Shown here: positions 1-13,248 of the stretch, piece by piece
Layout of the letters: the number at the start of each line of letters is the position of its first letter
How positions within the stretch are numbered: position 1 is the stretch's first letter
Assembly: GCA_000320545.1 (NCBI GenBank)
Contig: ADNK01000094.1
Coordinates: forward strand, 1-64,000
Length of the DNA: 64,000 bases
Direction: 5' to 3'
Source: Bigelowiella natans CCMP2755
Taxonomy: Eukaryota > Protista > Cercozoa
Notes under the pieces: generated by a model
Told to the model about the DNA's origin: nothing
Seen by the model: only the letters and a program-made list of their open reading frames with translations
Database searches by the model: none
Program-made: the position numbers and the translations under genes

Positions 1-1081
1 CTCCACTCCTGAGTTCAAGGTCCTACACCCCCCCCCCCCCCCCCCCCGCCGCCGCCTCCATTATAGCATGCACTGATGTGTAAGCTAGGTGTGTGGAACG
101 GGAGATGTGCTACTATGGTTATGTATGTATATCGTTGTCGGTAACTGAGCGCGTGATGCCTTTGCAGGTCGAAAACACTACTAATCCAAGATATGCGTTC
201 TCCCTCTGGGCTGTGATCGTTGAGTAATGATTTCAAGAAGGGTCTATCCGAGGTTCATATCGATCGAGCAGCTAGCTAGCAAGGGGGAACCCCATAATCA
301 TTCTGGCCTTCTCGTGTATGCAGACGTTCGCAATTTCATGCTTATTAAGATCTGTATTCTTCCAAGACGCTAGTAGCTTACTTGCGGGCGTGCGCTTTGT
401 ATGTGTCACATGGGCGGTGTAATGAGTGTGTTGAAATTTGCCATGTCACACAATGCTCATTGCAGAGTAACCTTAATAAGCGTGCACATATGCATGTTGG
501 GACCAATTGTTTGGATGTACGCGCTGCAGTATAGCAAAAGAGTATATAAGAGCTGAAATGTATGCACTGTGTATGTGGACAACGTTCTGCGTATGCGTAG
601 CCAACGAACCAAGCAACGCAAGCCGCAAATGCCATATATCAGCCTGAGTAGCGTGTAAGCGCGGGCAAGCAGCATCGCATTCATCGCATTATTGAAGACG
701 TACATAATTATGAATGCGGTTACTACCGATAATATTTTGAGTCTGCTTTTAGCTCGACGCTCAATTTTTCTTTTATTTTTCGATTTTTCAGCCGCCTTAT
801 ATATCTCCAGACATAAGCTATATATACCCCACGATCAGGGTCGTCTCGTCGCAATCGTGGCCCTCACCCCCCACATTCTACTTTCTTCTCGCGACTTACC
901 GCCTCGCCACCGCCACCGCCACGCGCTACCCGCAGGCTGTCACAACCCAAGATACTATGCTTCAATCGCTCGTCTGTTATTTTTGCCCGATTACATTCTA
1001 TGATGACGATGTTGATGGCGGTGTCGGCGGGTACGACGATGATGAGGAGGAGCAGCAGCATGAGTTTTCCTGGCCAAATCT

Positions 1082-1890
1082 CTAATTCTTCTCAGTAGCT
1101 ACATCCGAGGAGGCTGCGGTCGCTTCCTCCTTCCCCTCCTTGGCATCCTTAGCAGCAGCCGGCTTCGGAGCTGCCTTTGGCTTTCTCGGGCGGCCCTAAG
1201 TGAGGGGTATTGGCAAGGATTTAGGAAAGGGGGGGGAGGGGATGGGACACTGGGGAAGGGCGATAACTCCTCGAAGTAATACTTAAAACCACCTTAGCTC
1301 TAGCCTTCGGTTTGGCACGCAATTCCGCTACCTCCTCTCCTCCCCCATCTCCTGGCGCTGCCGCTGCTGCTGCTGCTTTTTTGGGGGCTGCTGCAGCTCT
1401 AGGCGCCTTTTTAGCCCTCGGGGCCGCGGCCTTCTGCTCCGACAGCATGTCCTTCAAATCTGCGATCTCCTTCTCATACTTCGCTGCCGCTGCTGCCGCC
1501 TCCTCCTTGCGAGAGACGTCCCCCTCGGACAGCTTATCTTGCAGCTCGGTGATTGTCTTCTCGTAGCTCCTTCGCATGTCCTGCATCTGGGTAGAGACGT
1601 GAATCGAAGATCGAATTGAGGAAGAGTGGAGATGACAACGCATGCTGTGCACGTGCGGGTATGGCGGGACGAGAGGGGGTGGATAGGGGGAGGGAGGGAG
1701 GGAGGGAGGGAGAGAGAGGAAAGTTGTGCGAACATCCTTAATCATCATTCGTCTCCAACTTCCTCTCATCCTCCTCATCATCATCGGCACACTTATCAGA
1801 CAACGACCTCTTCCTTGTAGATCTCTATGTAGTCTTTGAAGGTGGCCTCCGCCTCACTTACCTGAAAATATAGAGTGACAACTTATATAT

Positions 1891-1938
<48 letters not shown>

Positions 1939-2140
1939 TGTTACATATTGATAATATGCGACGCCATCCTAGCACAGCATCTACCATTACCCCCCCCCCC
2001 CCCCCCCCCCCGGAGTGGAATATTAAGACAACAGCCATCGTACACGCCTGCATATACGACTCTCTCATCAGCGATATCATTGGTGACAAATTAGAGGATA
2101 ATGGATGACGCTGCCCCTATTTTGCTTTTTTAAGAAAGAG

Positions 2141-2182
<42 letters not shown>

Positions 2183-2382
2183 AGACTTACTCCTCGCGTT
2201 GGTGGTTGATAACACGCTCCACCTGGGCGTCGTTGTCGCTCTTGAGACGCTGTGAGGAGGAGTGTGTAGTTGCATTACGGAGCACATCGTGCATGCCGTG
2301 GGGAAAAGCAGGTCGCTATTACACGCTCAGCAAGGACTCAATGACATGTGTGTATATTGTAATATCCACACACACACACACT

Positions 2383-2421
<39 letters not shown>

Positions 2422-3762
2422 TTATATTTAATATGTACTAAGGATACCACGTCTCCCACCCTAAAAAACCATTGGAGATTTCTTCCCCCCCCTCCCCCCC
2501 AAATGAGAAGATATAGTAGAGACCTGAATTTGCTCCTCGAAGTCCGCGGTGAGTTTGGCCTCTTTTGCAGCTGATTTTGCCTCTAAATCAGCTGCTTTTG
2601 CCTCTAAATCAGCTGCTTTTGCCTCTAAATCAGCTGCTTTTGCCTCTGAATTGACTAGCTTCGCCTCTGCAGCAGCTACCATGGCCTCTGACTCTGTGGC
2701 CTTCGCCTTCATTGCGTCCGTGTGCTCATTCTGGAGCTCGACGACCTGCAGCAGCAGCAGCAGCAGCAGTGCACAATCAAAATGAAGACGGCTTAGGATG
2801 ATGATACTGACGATGACGACGACGATGGTGATGATAATGATGATGGGCGCTGGCCATTGCTGTGATGATGTTGTATGTTCTTGCCGAACAACGGCGAATA
2901 AGGTGAGTGTGTCGTGCATGCAGCGGTGGGGCCGGTAGTAGTAGTAGCCGTGGTAATGGAGGCTGCCGAGCCTGTAGCGATTGATAAAGCCTCTGCTACT
3001 AGGTACTACTACTATTTTCTATGCCTGTTACGGCTACCTTGCTCTCGAGAGCTGATTCATGCGAGCTCTGAAGCTCCTGGATCTTCGCATCCATTGCCTT
3101 TTCTACCGATTGAACCTGGCAATAGTCACCGCCATCGTCACCGCGTGTGTTACTCTGCTCATCCTCCTCCTCCTCATCATCATCCTCATCATCATCACCA
3201 TCACCCTCATCATCCTCTATAATCGTAAGTGCCTGGCGGCTATATTCGATAGCCAATGCTCTATCGTCGCTCCCCTAATGGCTTCTATCACAGCTGCTCT
3301 CGCGCTCTCATCACGCTGCTCTGCCGACGGCACCTTCGCGGTCATTTCAGACTCCTTTTCCGACACTAGTCGGGTGGCAAGTTCCTCCCCCTTCGCCTCG
3401 GCCTCTTGCACGGCCTTTGTTTTTGTTTAATGGAAGGATGAGTCCGTGTATGCATGCGTGTATTGTGTATAGCATGACGAACAGGGGCTGTCTTGTGATG
3501 GCTATGCGGCAGCGAGTACGTGGTTGAGGGGCGATCATGGATGCTGCATGCTACCCACACAACGATCATGATGGTGATGATGATGATGATGATGGGATGA
3601 CGATGACGACCGTAATCGTATCGTGTAGTGATATATTTGTGTATAGAAGAAGAAGAAGAAGAAGAAGCACCTTTTGAACGTCATCGCCGTGTGCCTTTTT
3701 GAAGTCTTCGATCTCCTGCTGGCTTGCCTGGTGGTGATGGTGATGATGATGAATTATTGTCA

Positions 3763-3803
<41 letters not shown>

Positions 3804-3847
3804 TCGTATCCTACACACGCACACACAGAGGGAGAGAGAGAGAGAGG

Positions 3848-3900
<53 letters not shown>

Positions 3901-4343
3901 CAGCACAAACACACGTCTCCAAGCACATCTCCATCACGCACCTTTCTATAGATCTCTCTGTCCTTCATCACGCTTTGCCTCGATTCCTATCAGAGCAGCG
4001 CAATCGCAAGATGGGTCATCAATAACGGCAAGACATTCGTCGTGTTGTTACGGGCGTGAGAAGACCAGATCGATGTCAAGAAGAAGAAGATATGTATACG
4101 AGACTTAGATACGCACAAACACAAGCGTGTGCTCAGCGACCTGCATCTTAAGCTCCATGGCAGCCTTTTCCTCCTCCGCTCTATAGAGGGGAAGCAACAG
4201 GCGATATAGATTATCACGTATAATCTCTATCCCTCTTCCCCACTGCTAACAACTCTTCTCACCATCCACATAAGTGGAATCGTAGTAAGGATCCTCCCTC
4301 CCCCCCTCCCCCCCCCCCCCTTCTCCTCCTCCTCTGTCTCATT

Positions 4344-4375
<32 letters not shown>

Positions 4376-5303
4376 TATCATCCTTGCTGCTGGTTATATA
4401 ATGTCGATCAGCTCATCGTGTAAGCGGCATTACTGTTGCCGGGCCGCCGCGAGCTCATCCTGCACGGTCGCGTAATCGTTCGTCAGCTTCTCCCTCTCAG
4501 CGGCCAGGCTCTCCATCTTCGCATTGAACTCGGAGATGCGCTCCTCCAGGGCGCGGATGGCCTTTGTATTACGCGGGGGGAAAGGGGGGGGGGGGAGGGG
4601 GGGAGGGAGGATCAGGTTATGAACGTGCAGCAGCCTTATCATTCTCAAATTCACGACTACTACCTTCATATGCTCTCTCTTGTTGCTGTCAAGGGCGTCG
4701 CTCAACTCCTTCTTTGCGCGCGATTCGAGCGCCCTTTTCTGACAGGGAACTGGTGTAAGGACGTATTCTCCGTGCAGATCAAAACAAAAAGAACCGCAGA
4801 TCGCCTACCCGCCTCGAGTGATGAGCATGGGCACGATGTGTGTGTATAATACTTCATTGAAAGGATAGATTTATGTATGTGAGAGCTGCAAAGCGGCGGG
4901 CTCTCTACCTCCTCTTCCATATCGGAATCCTTCTTGGAGAGCAGTTCCTTTGCCTGATAGTCACAGCATTATCGTTGTATTAGCTGCATCCTCCCTGATC
5001 TCGTGGGGGGGGAGGGTGGCCTTTCAAGTGTGCCGCAGATAACCCCGGTATTTACGGGCAATGCGTGCACATCTAAATGCACGGAGAGGCGATCGCTGAT
5101 TGCATCAAGCTCTCCCGTCCTCCCCTTCGTCCCCCCTTCGCTTTCATCTTCTTATCCTCTCTTCTCGCTTCACCTCTTTGTCAGCGACTTCGATGCGTGT
5201 CTCTGCCTCTGCAAGGGGAAAGACAGTAGCAGGTGTGTAAATGATGAGCGGCAATGGTGGCTTAACGCATCACTCGTTTCAGTGAATTGTATTTCGCATG
5301 TGC

Positions 5304-5392
<89 letters not shown>

Positions 5393-6258
5393 GATTTCCC
5401 TTCATGATGCTTTCCCAAACCATGCAATGTAAACACATGTGCTACCGAGGAGAGCGTTCTTAGCGTCGCGCTTGGCCGATTCCACCGTGCCACGAAGCTC
5501 TTCGATTTGAGACCCTTGCGACCCCAGCTAGAATATGAGGACAGCCACAACAACAACCCACCCCATCAGGCCAGCTGAGTCGTAATCAGAAGGTTTCATT
5601 TTCATGGAAGGGGACTATGCATGAACGACAACTGAACATGGGAGAAAAGGGGTTAGGCGCACGGACAGCACTCCTTCAAGATTTTAATGCTAGCATTTAA
5701 AAAAAACGCTGGCTATTGTAATTACATTCACATTTACGACTAAACCAACAAATAAAAAGGCGCATTTCGTGTGATTTCAGAAGTGCTGTTGCTACTCTTA
5801 ATCCTGCAAATCCCAGGCCGCCCAAGGACGCGAGCAGAGCAATGTCCTCTACCCCACTCGGTAAGATCCCAGCCTGTGGCATTACGCCAGAAAGTCTTTT
5901 GTCATTGCTCATGCGGCCAAAGCGAGGAGCAAGGCGGCCGCCGAAGTGGGTCGCTCCTGCGCTGCGTGTGGAGGCTGCCATCCGCGGTGCAAGCGATGAC
6001 GCGATGCTTCCGTGCTGGTAGTCCTTCAGGGAAACTACGCCCGCCATCCCGATGACGCCTTAAGAGAGGGGGGGGAGGGGAGAAGGGTAATTGGGGGAGA
6101 GAGGTAAAGAATGGAGAATGAGATCGTCGTCGAATCGATGTTTAGTGAATTATTCTCTTCTTTGCATTCTCTATGATACTACCGGCAAGACATAGCAGAA
6201 CTGCAACTGCTGTTTTTTTGGCTCCAACTCTACGACGGCTTGGCGAAGCTCTCATCAT
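1082..6258 (-). CDS. Multi-exon long coiled-coil protein with bipartite (signal + transit-like) N-terminus, a hydrophobic segment and a basic Ala/Lys/Pro tail with an AT-hook-like GRPRK motif
   Basis: Exon 1 (6258-6183, MMRASPSRRRVGAKKTAVAVLLCLA) splices in frame via GT-AG to exon 2 at 6058 (GVIGMAGVVSL...RMAASTRSAGATHFGGRLAPRFGR...MPQA then DIALLASLGGLGFAGLRVATALL). Many E/K/A-rich heptad exons follow (e.g. 4430-4560, 2525-2745, 1290-1585). The last exon GRPRKPKAAPKPAAAK...TEKN* ends at 1082. Internal exons are not all resolved. Confidence 0.75.
2568..2647 (-). repeat. Coding minisatellite, 21-bp unit x ~4 (AADLEAK heptads)
   Basis: tcagctgcttttgcctctaaa is repeated in tandem; each unit adds exactly one coiled-coil heptad. 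Confidence 0.9.
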
Positions 6259-7647
6259 TATGTAATCTTTAGTCGAGGGCGACCGCACTTCCATCGTTCC
6301 CACTCTTGGTTTTGTCTGAGGGTGGTATGGGGGCGGGGGTTGAAATACGTATTAGTTACCACTTCTCTTGCAATATTTCACTAGCTTAAGGACGGAATCG
6401 GGGGGGGAAATCCTATGCTTTCGACAAAACGCGAAGATTCTTTTCCTCTTCGTTGTGTGGTGGTCGACGTCTCATGGCGCTATTTATGCCTTTCGTACAA
6501 TTCATGGCATCGCATTTCGAGCAAAACCATCGTCCCTGGTTGGGTGATGTTGATTTCCTCGAAATCGAAGCAGAATCATCCCGAGGCACGTCGTTCAAAT
6601 GGCAAAGGCGCGATGCAGGTGGAGGGGGGGGTAGGTCTACGTCGGCGTGGAATTTGCGAGTTGTGAATGGCGGGAACGAATCACGTGGAATTCTAAGCAG
6701 TATGCGTCGAAACCTTGTCGCGCTTTAAAATTCATATGGGATTTCCATAGACTTAAAAAATTCCTTCCCCATCTCGAGAACACATCGGAAATGTTTCGCC
6801 TGGAATCGACCTTCGGAAAAGCCGGCCTGGTGACACGCGATGAAGCAGAACCCAGTTTCGATCCTGCGACATAAGCGCAATCCCCTCTTAAAACGACATG
6901 AGTTTTAGATGTGCGACAAAGGAATTGAACGCCTATTATCTTATTAATCTACAGCTGCAGCCGTTAAGGTTTGATCGCGGGCGTTTCAAATTGGTCGCAC
7001 CAGCTCTCCTGCGTGCATCGGATGCGACAAGGATTTTTTTGAGTCTCTCCTTCAGGAACGCCATATTGGTGTACCCCGACGAATTTGTAGGGGTCAGACT
7101 ACTGCCTCTGTGAGGCTCATCTAGCTTGTTTTCGTTGGAGAACTCCTCCTGGCTCGTAAAGGAGAAGTAGGTGAGAACGTGCAATAGAGCCTCGAGCATT
7201 CCCTTCCTCCTATGCCTGATATTTGAAGAAAGCCATTCAAAAATTTGGGCTATATCGCCGGCAAAGGCAATCAGGAGCTTAAACAACAAATAGCAAACAA
7301 CTCCACCATTTACTATCCAGCATCCACTTTAAGCATATCCATATTGTATCATAGGACGTGGAGGTCCATAGTAAAGGAAAACTATGGAGGGCAGCCGCTG
7401 GGAAAGCCTGAAACTGCGCGGAGTTCTGGGCGGTGAGCGAGGCACAGCAAACGTCCGAGCGTCGACAGGGCGGCTGAACTCCTGGAAAAATGAAATTAGG
7501 GATGTGAATCGCTCCTTTTCCCATCCACATCAGAAGAGAACCCAGGCGGTATGCTTTACATTCATATTGAGATTTGTAGATTGAAAAGAAAGAAACGTCG
7601 CAGGGTTCAACCTGCAATATGTCCATATGTGTAACTTACAGGTCCAA

Positions 7648-7705
<58 letters not shown>

Positions 7706-7732
7706 CCCCCCTCCCTCTCTCCCTCCCTGTGT

Positions 7733-7770
<38 letters not shown>

Positions 7771-7773
7771 GTG

Positions 7774-9237
7774 ATGAACACACCAGAGATGTGGCGCATC
7801 ATCAATGGACATCAGACAAACGTCCTTTCTTCGGGGGCGACAAATGCAAGCGTCAATGCTGGTGGGGTGGGCATACTGAGCAGTCCCATGGCGAGTAGCC
7901 GAAGGAAAGAAAAAGAACGAATATTGCAGGATGTCCAGCACGAGAACTTCAAAGTTGTCATCCGAATTCGCCCCCCCCTCCCACGAGAGCTTCACGGAAA
8001 CGTACCCTTTCAGAAAATCTTCACGGTTGGCAGCAGTTGTCGCCAGATTGTCATCTGCGACAAGGTTGACGAGGATGGTCAGGTGATACAAACCTATGGA
8101 GCGCATCGCTTCACATTCGACCACGTATATGACCAGTTCAGCACTCAAAGGCAAGTGTATATGCACACCGCCCGCCCCGCTGTACTCTCCACGCTCAAAG
8201 GGTACAACGCAACCATTCTAGCTTACGGACAAACAGGGACGGGGAAGACGTATACAATGGAAGGATTCAACAGTGACGAGTCACGCGGGATCATCCCGCG
8301 CGCCGTGGAGGAGATCTTCAGTTTCATCATGAACAACGCCAACCCCAGCGCGCGTTTTCTCGTGCGTGCGTCGTACTTGCAGATATACAACGAGGTGATT
8401 TCTGACCTGCTTAAGCCGGAACGCACGCATCTTCCCATTCGAGAGAACAAAACGAAGGTGGGGGAACATTATTCTAACACATGTTTGATAACAAGACGCT
8501 GTCGGGTCGCAATAGCAGGAGCAGTTCACCGTGTATTACTACTACTACTACTACCACTTTCTCTGTATGTGACGTCTGGATGCTATTTTGACTGTTACTG
8601 CTGCTGCTGCTGCTGCTCCTGTTTCGTAGGGAGTCTTCGTTGAAGGTCTCTCGGAATGGGTCGTTCGGTCACCAAAGGAGGTGTACACCCTCATTCAGAA
8701 GGGCTCCGCCATTCGCGCCACGGGATCTACGAGGATGAACATTAACAGTTACGAAATGACGAGCAGCACCCCACGCATGCGCCATGCATTGCATTGTTGT
8801 TTAGATGTGCGCGCTGCCGTCCGCTGCCATTCGCTGCTTTGTAGGCAGTCGACCGGTCCTGATGACATATACGTGTATTTCAGGTAGCCGGAGCCATGCT
8901 CTATTCATCATCATTATCGAACAGAACGAGATCATAATAGACCGCAATAGCCACGCCTCGGCATCTCCAACGAAGCCGCGTCGCACTTTCCGCGTTGGAA
9001 AGCTAAATCTTGTCGATTTGGCGGGTTCGGAGCGCGTGCGGCTGTCGGGCGCAGTAGGACAGCGCCTGGAGGAGAGCAAAAAAATTAATAAATCACTCTC
9101 CGCTCTCGGAAACGTCATTAGCGCCCTTACAGAGAAGAATAGGTATTCTTAAGACAAGGAAAGGAAGAGATTTGAATTGGATGGTGAATACTTTTACATT
9201 TTGGGCCTTCGCCTAATAGGTGTCACGGAACACATGC

Positions 9238-9291
<54 letters not shown>

Positions 9292-11237
9292 CCTCTATCT
9301 CTCTCACACACACACACACACGATACACACATATCATGCATGTGAAGAGAGTGAGAGATATAGAGGAAAGAGCCACAGAGTTCTGCCTAATGCTATAATA
9401 TTCTGTTCCACAGTAGGGCGCGGCCGCACATTCCGTATCGAGACTCAAAGCTAACAAGGATCCTGGAGGACTCCTTGGGAGGAAACTGTAAGACAACGAT
9501 GATGGCCATGATCTCTCCCGCTCTCATGTCGTTCAACGAATCGCTCTCAACGCTGAAGTTCGCAAATCGTGCTAAGAACATCAAGAACTCAGCGCACATC
9601 AACGAGGACCTCGATGAGAAGACGCTACTCCGTCGGTATGAGAAAGAGCTGAAGCGCCTTCGACGAGAGCTGCAGGAGCGCAACAAGAACGTCGTCGACA
9701 AACGTGGGAAATCGGAGCACAAACGATACGATATACAAACATTTTTTGGATTAATTCATGCATGCGTATATATACATGCTTTGTTTGTGACGTGCGTGCG
9801 TGCGTGCGTATGGGAGAGTATGAAGAAGGAGACCTCCATGTGAAATACTTTTCTCCTTGCGCAGGCAAGTTAATCGAGCTGGAAGAGAGGAGGCGTCAGG
9901 CCGAGAAGGACAAGCTGCAAGCGATCATGAACATGGAGCGCCTCAGCCAGTCTCTGATGACGGAAAAAGAGGCTAAAAAGAAGCTCGAGGAGAAGATCCG
10001 CCAGATGAACGAGCAGCTGCTGATCGGTGGCTATAGCAGCGGGCCTGTGAGCGAAACCCCTGCCTTCAAAGTCGCACTTCAGCAGGTGAATCTAAAGAAC
10101 AACTGCCTTGAAAGAGGTTTTCACATCATGATAAACAACCCGCAATCGGCAATGAGAATGCTGTTCACTGCCGATACGAGCCGAAGGGAAGTCGACCCAG
10201 CCTCCTGCACATATTGTTAGTCTTGATGATTCGCTCGCATGAGTGTATGACAATTCTTCCCCCCTCCCTTTCCCTCTCGCAACCCGCATTCACAGGAGCA
10301 AGCGCGGATTCGCAAGATCTACCAGAGCAAGGTCGCCGAGCTTGAGAAGGAGCGCGAGGCGATGGAAGAGGAAAAAGTGCAAACTGACCGATACCGACAG
10401 CTCCTCGTAAAGCAGCGCGACGTGATGATTCAGCTGACGGCACGGCTGAACGAGCGCGATCAGTCGATCATGATCTTGCAGGAAGAGTTGGAGGCATACG
10501 ATCAGCATCAGCGAATGATGGAGGACGCGCTCGACCAGAAAACCGCCACGTTGATTCATCTGCAGAAGCGGACAATGGAGCAGTCGCAAGAAGGGGAAGA
10601 TGGCGCAGATGGTGACAACAAACAAGAGGTTGCTCCCTCCTCCGCTCGAGGCCGCAGCAATACTTTCAGCAGCGGTGTCGGTGATGGTAGAACTGGCAGT
10701 AGTAGTATCAACAACGGTAGGAATGGCGGGGTTGCTCTGGCCAAGAGCGGTGGAGTCGTGTCAGATTCAGAATTGGTAGCACGAGCGGGCGAAGATAAGG
10801 CTCGGAAAGAAGCCCAGGTTTGTACTGATCACTAAGTATTAACATACCGGTGTTGCGCAATCAGAAGGGGGGAGAAGCGTAGCCGAAACAATGCCGCAGG
10901 GCGTGTTATTCCGCGAGCAAAGATAAACGCCACATTCACCCTAATTCCATATGCGTCAATCCCGAAATAATAGGTGTACAAAGACCGATACGACGCCCTG
11001 CAGACGCGATTTAACGTGCAGCTGAAGGAGCGCACAGCCGTTTGCGTCATCTTGGAGAAGAAAATGAAGACCTTAGTAGACAGAGTAGCCCATTCGACGT
11101 TCGGAAATGCTGCCGTCGATCCGCAAACGCGCCAGGAAGTAGAAGTGCTGCAGCGCCTCATCCACGCTAGCGTGATCGCGCTCAAGCAGTCCGAGTCGTC
11201 AATCACGGATGGGGACGATGCTCCCAGCTCGAAGTAG
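7774..11237 (+). CDS. N-terminal motor kinesin with coiled-coil tail (7 exons traced; an upstream exon is possible)
   Basis: Motifs [28 protein letters not shown] (P-loop), [16 protein letters not shown] (switch I, split by an intron), [12 protein letters not shown] (switch II), [35 protein letters not shown] and [13 protein letters not shown]. All joins are in-frame GT-AG. Stop at 11237. Confidence 0.95.
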
Positions 11238-11989
11238 CCGTGGAGATGGTAGAAGAAGCCCCCAGACGAAGAATTGAAGTCATCCTCTGTCAGCATGTGA
11301 TTTGGCTTCGAAAGCGCAGGCTAAATTTGGACGAATCTCATTGTAATCATGTATCCGCATGTATCCGTATCCTTCGCCATAGCATGCCAGCAATACGCAT
11401 GCCACTTCCAATAGAGACTAGTTATAAGTGTGTCCAATCAGTTCCCCTTCAACCAATGTTCTGACACGTACGTACACATGAAGCTGCACTGATTACAGAT
11501 TAGATCATGTTGCACCCTTGCTCTACGCTAAGTGGTAGAGCATGCTCACTGAAGCAACAAACAAGCTAGACTCAGTATATAAGCAACCAAACTAGCTAGA
11601 ATGGAGAGAGTAGATGATAAAACGAATGGCTACTAACTGCATGTCAGTAATAGCTAGCAGACTCCATGCAAGGCAGAACAGAATGAGACGCGCAACAGCA
11701 CGCGTGCACGGAATATGCGATACATTGCATTCTCATGCATGAAAGCCATCACAGCGTAAACAAACAATAAATGTGATTTAAGCGCGCCTGTAGCCGCGCA
11801 GCTATGCATGGCTACATTAGGATTACTATTGAAACAAAAAGCTCATGCTATCCATGCATTATAGCATGGCCCATACTGACCGCGTACGCATGCGGCAAGA
11901 CTCCTGTTCTAATATGCAGATTGTGGTAGAATCCACTCATAATATAAACTCATTGTAATTGGCGCAGGTCTGCACATCATTGTTACTGA

Positions 11990-12158
11990 CTAGGTCGATG
12001 GTGAGTCCATCAGCATATTGGGAATACCGTTATAAATGACAAACTTCCTCCCTGTTTTTGGACACACGAGATGACCAGCCACAACATGCACCTGAAAATG
12101 CATATCACGCACAAATGAGGAATGTAGAGGAGGTGATTACCTGATGTTGCCCGAATAT

Positions 12159-12212
<54 letters not shown>

Positions 12213-12426
12213 TATGTTTAGTATGGTTTTTCTCTAATATTCAATAGTTTCATGCATCAGTCCATATTCTAGCATCGAAATTCCGGTGATGTCTAGAAGT
12301 AAGACCTCGAGGAGGATAGTGTGAAGCTGCTTAAGCAATGGTGCATCTTTGCGAAGATCGAATCGAAACGGTAGTTCGTCTGGAAGTCCTTCGGCTCCGA
12401 TCTACACACACACACACACACACACA

Positions 12427-12500
<74 letters not shown>

Positions 12501-12969
12501 TACTTCGGTGGCGTTTCTCACTCCCATTGTCTTTTGTGTATGACTATTTGCGACTGAAAAATTGTGTTAGTGCACCTCTTTGGCAGCTGTTCGTAGAGCG
12601 GAGTAGTCCACTCTGTGCAGCAGTTTGACAAGATTTTCTGCGTCAAATTCAGTCGGTTCCATCGCCGTCTTCGTGGCCTCGAGCTTCAGGGGGTAGCTCC
12701 CAGCTTCGAATCCTTGCCTGTCATTGTCATTTTGCAAAAATAACTTACAATTCCTTTCGCATCTCAAATGAAACACGGCCTTCGATGGGCAATCTCACTC
12801 ACATCATGTTGTGCGCAAGGAGGTTTATCCGCAGCTTTCCCTCGGCCCGTCGCCACCTTGCGCTGGGGCTGGGGCTGGGGCTGACAAAACAGACAAGGAA
12901 GAGGGCGAGCGCAGTGGATCCCCCCACTAGACCACATCTTCGCGGTACCGACTCCATTCTTGCCCGCAT
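11990..12969 (-). CDS. TRM112: Trm112 methyltransferase activator with a ~47-aa N-terminal signal/transit-like extension
   Basis: Exons 12969-12803, 12717-12576, 12401-12306 and 12091-11990 give ...INLLAHNMMQGFEAGSYPLKLEATKTAMEPTEFDAENLVKLLHRVDYSALRTAAKEIGAEGLPDEL...LLKQLHTILLEVHVVAGHLVCPKTGRKFVIYNGIPNMLM..., matching the Trm112 pattern (LLxHN, YPL, LHxxLLE, GxLxCP, GIPNML). Confidence 0.9.
12404..12499. repeat. Self-complementary compound microsatellite (CA)n(TA)n(TG)n in Trm112 intron 2
   Basis: Read directly from the sequence; it abuts the AG acceptor at 12402-12403. Confidence 0.9.
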
Positions 12970-13248
12970 GACTCTCGAGTCCAGCACGACCTGGCCTTAC
13001 TCGCTTTTCTCTCCTCCGGGTCCCGGAGCCATTTTTCGCCCGAGAGCCTCGAATGAGAACCCCCTTAATTTTTGCCCTGCGTCAAGGACAATAATCCAGC
13101 CAAAAACTTCTAAGCCATTTTCTCAGAGCGACAAGGAGGATTCGAAGCTTTTGTGAGTTTGTTGGGCTCAATGGCGTTTCCGGTACTAGTAACTGGCAAG
13201 GCGACTATACTCGTACCCTCCCCATCCGAAAATATCCAACGGAGCGAA

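Noticed and set aside
15-236. Minus-strand exon at the window edge
   Set aside because: Too short and motif-free to support a call.
3674-4108. ORFs with poly-ER, SL, TH, CV or IY tracts here and throughout the window
   Set aside because: They are translations of intronic dinucleotide microsatellites.
6413-7626. Possible small minus-strand gene (WFCSKCDAMN resembles half a RanBP2 zinc finger) or upstream kinesin exons
   Set aside because: No consistent spliced frame could be built and the second Cys pair is missing; left unannotated.
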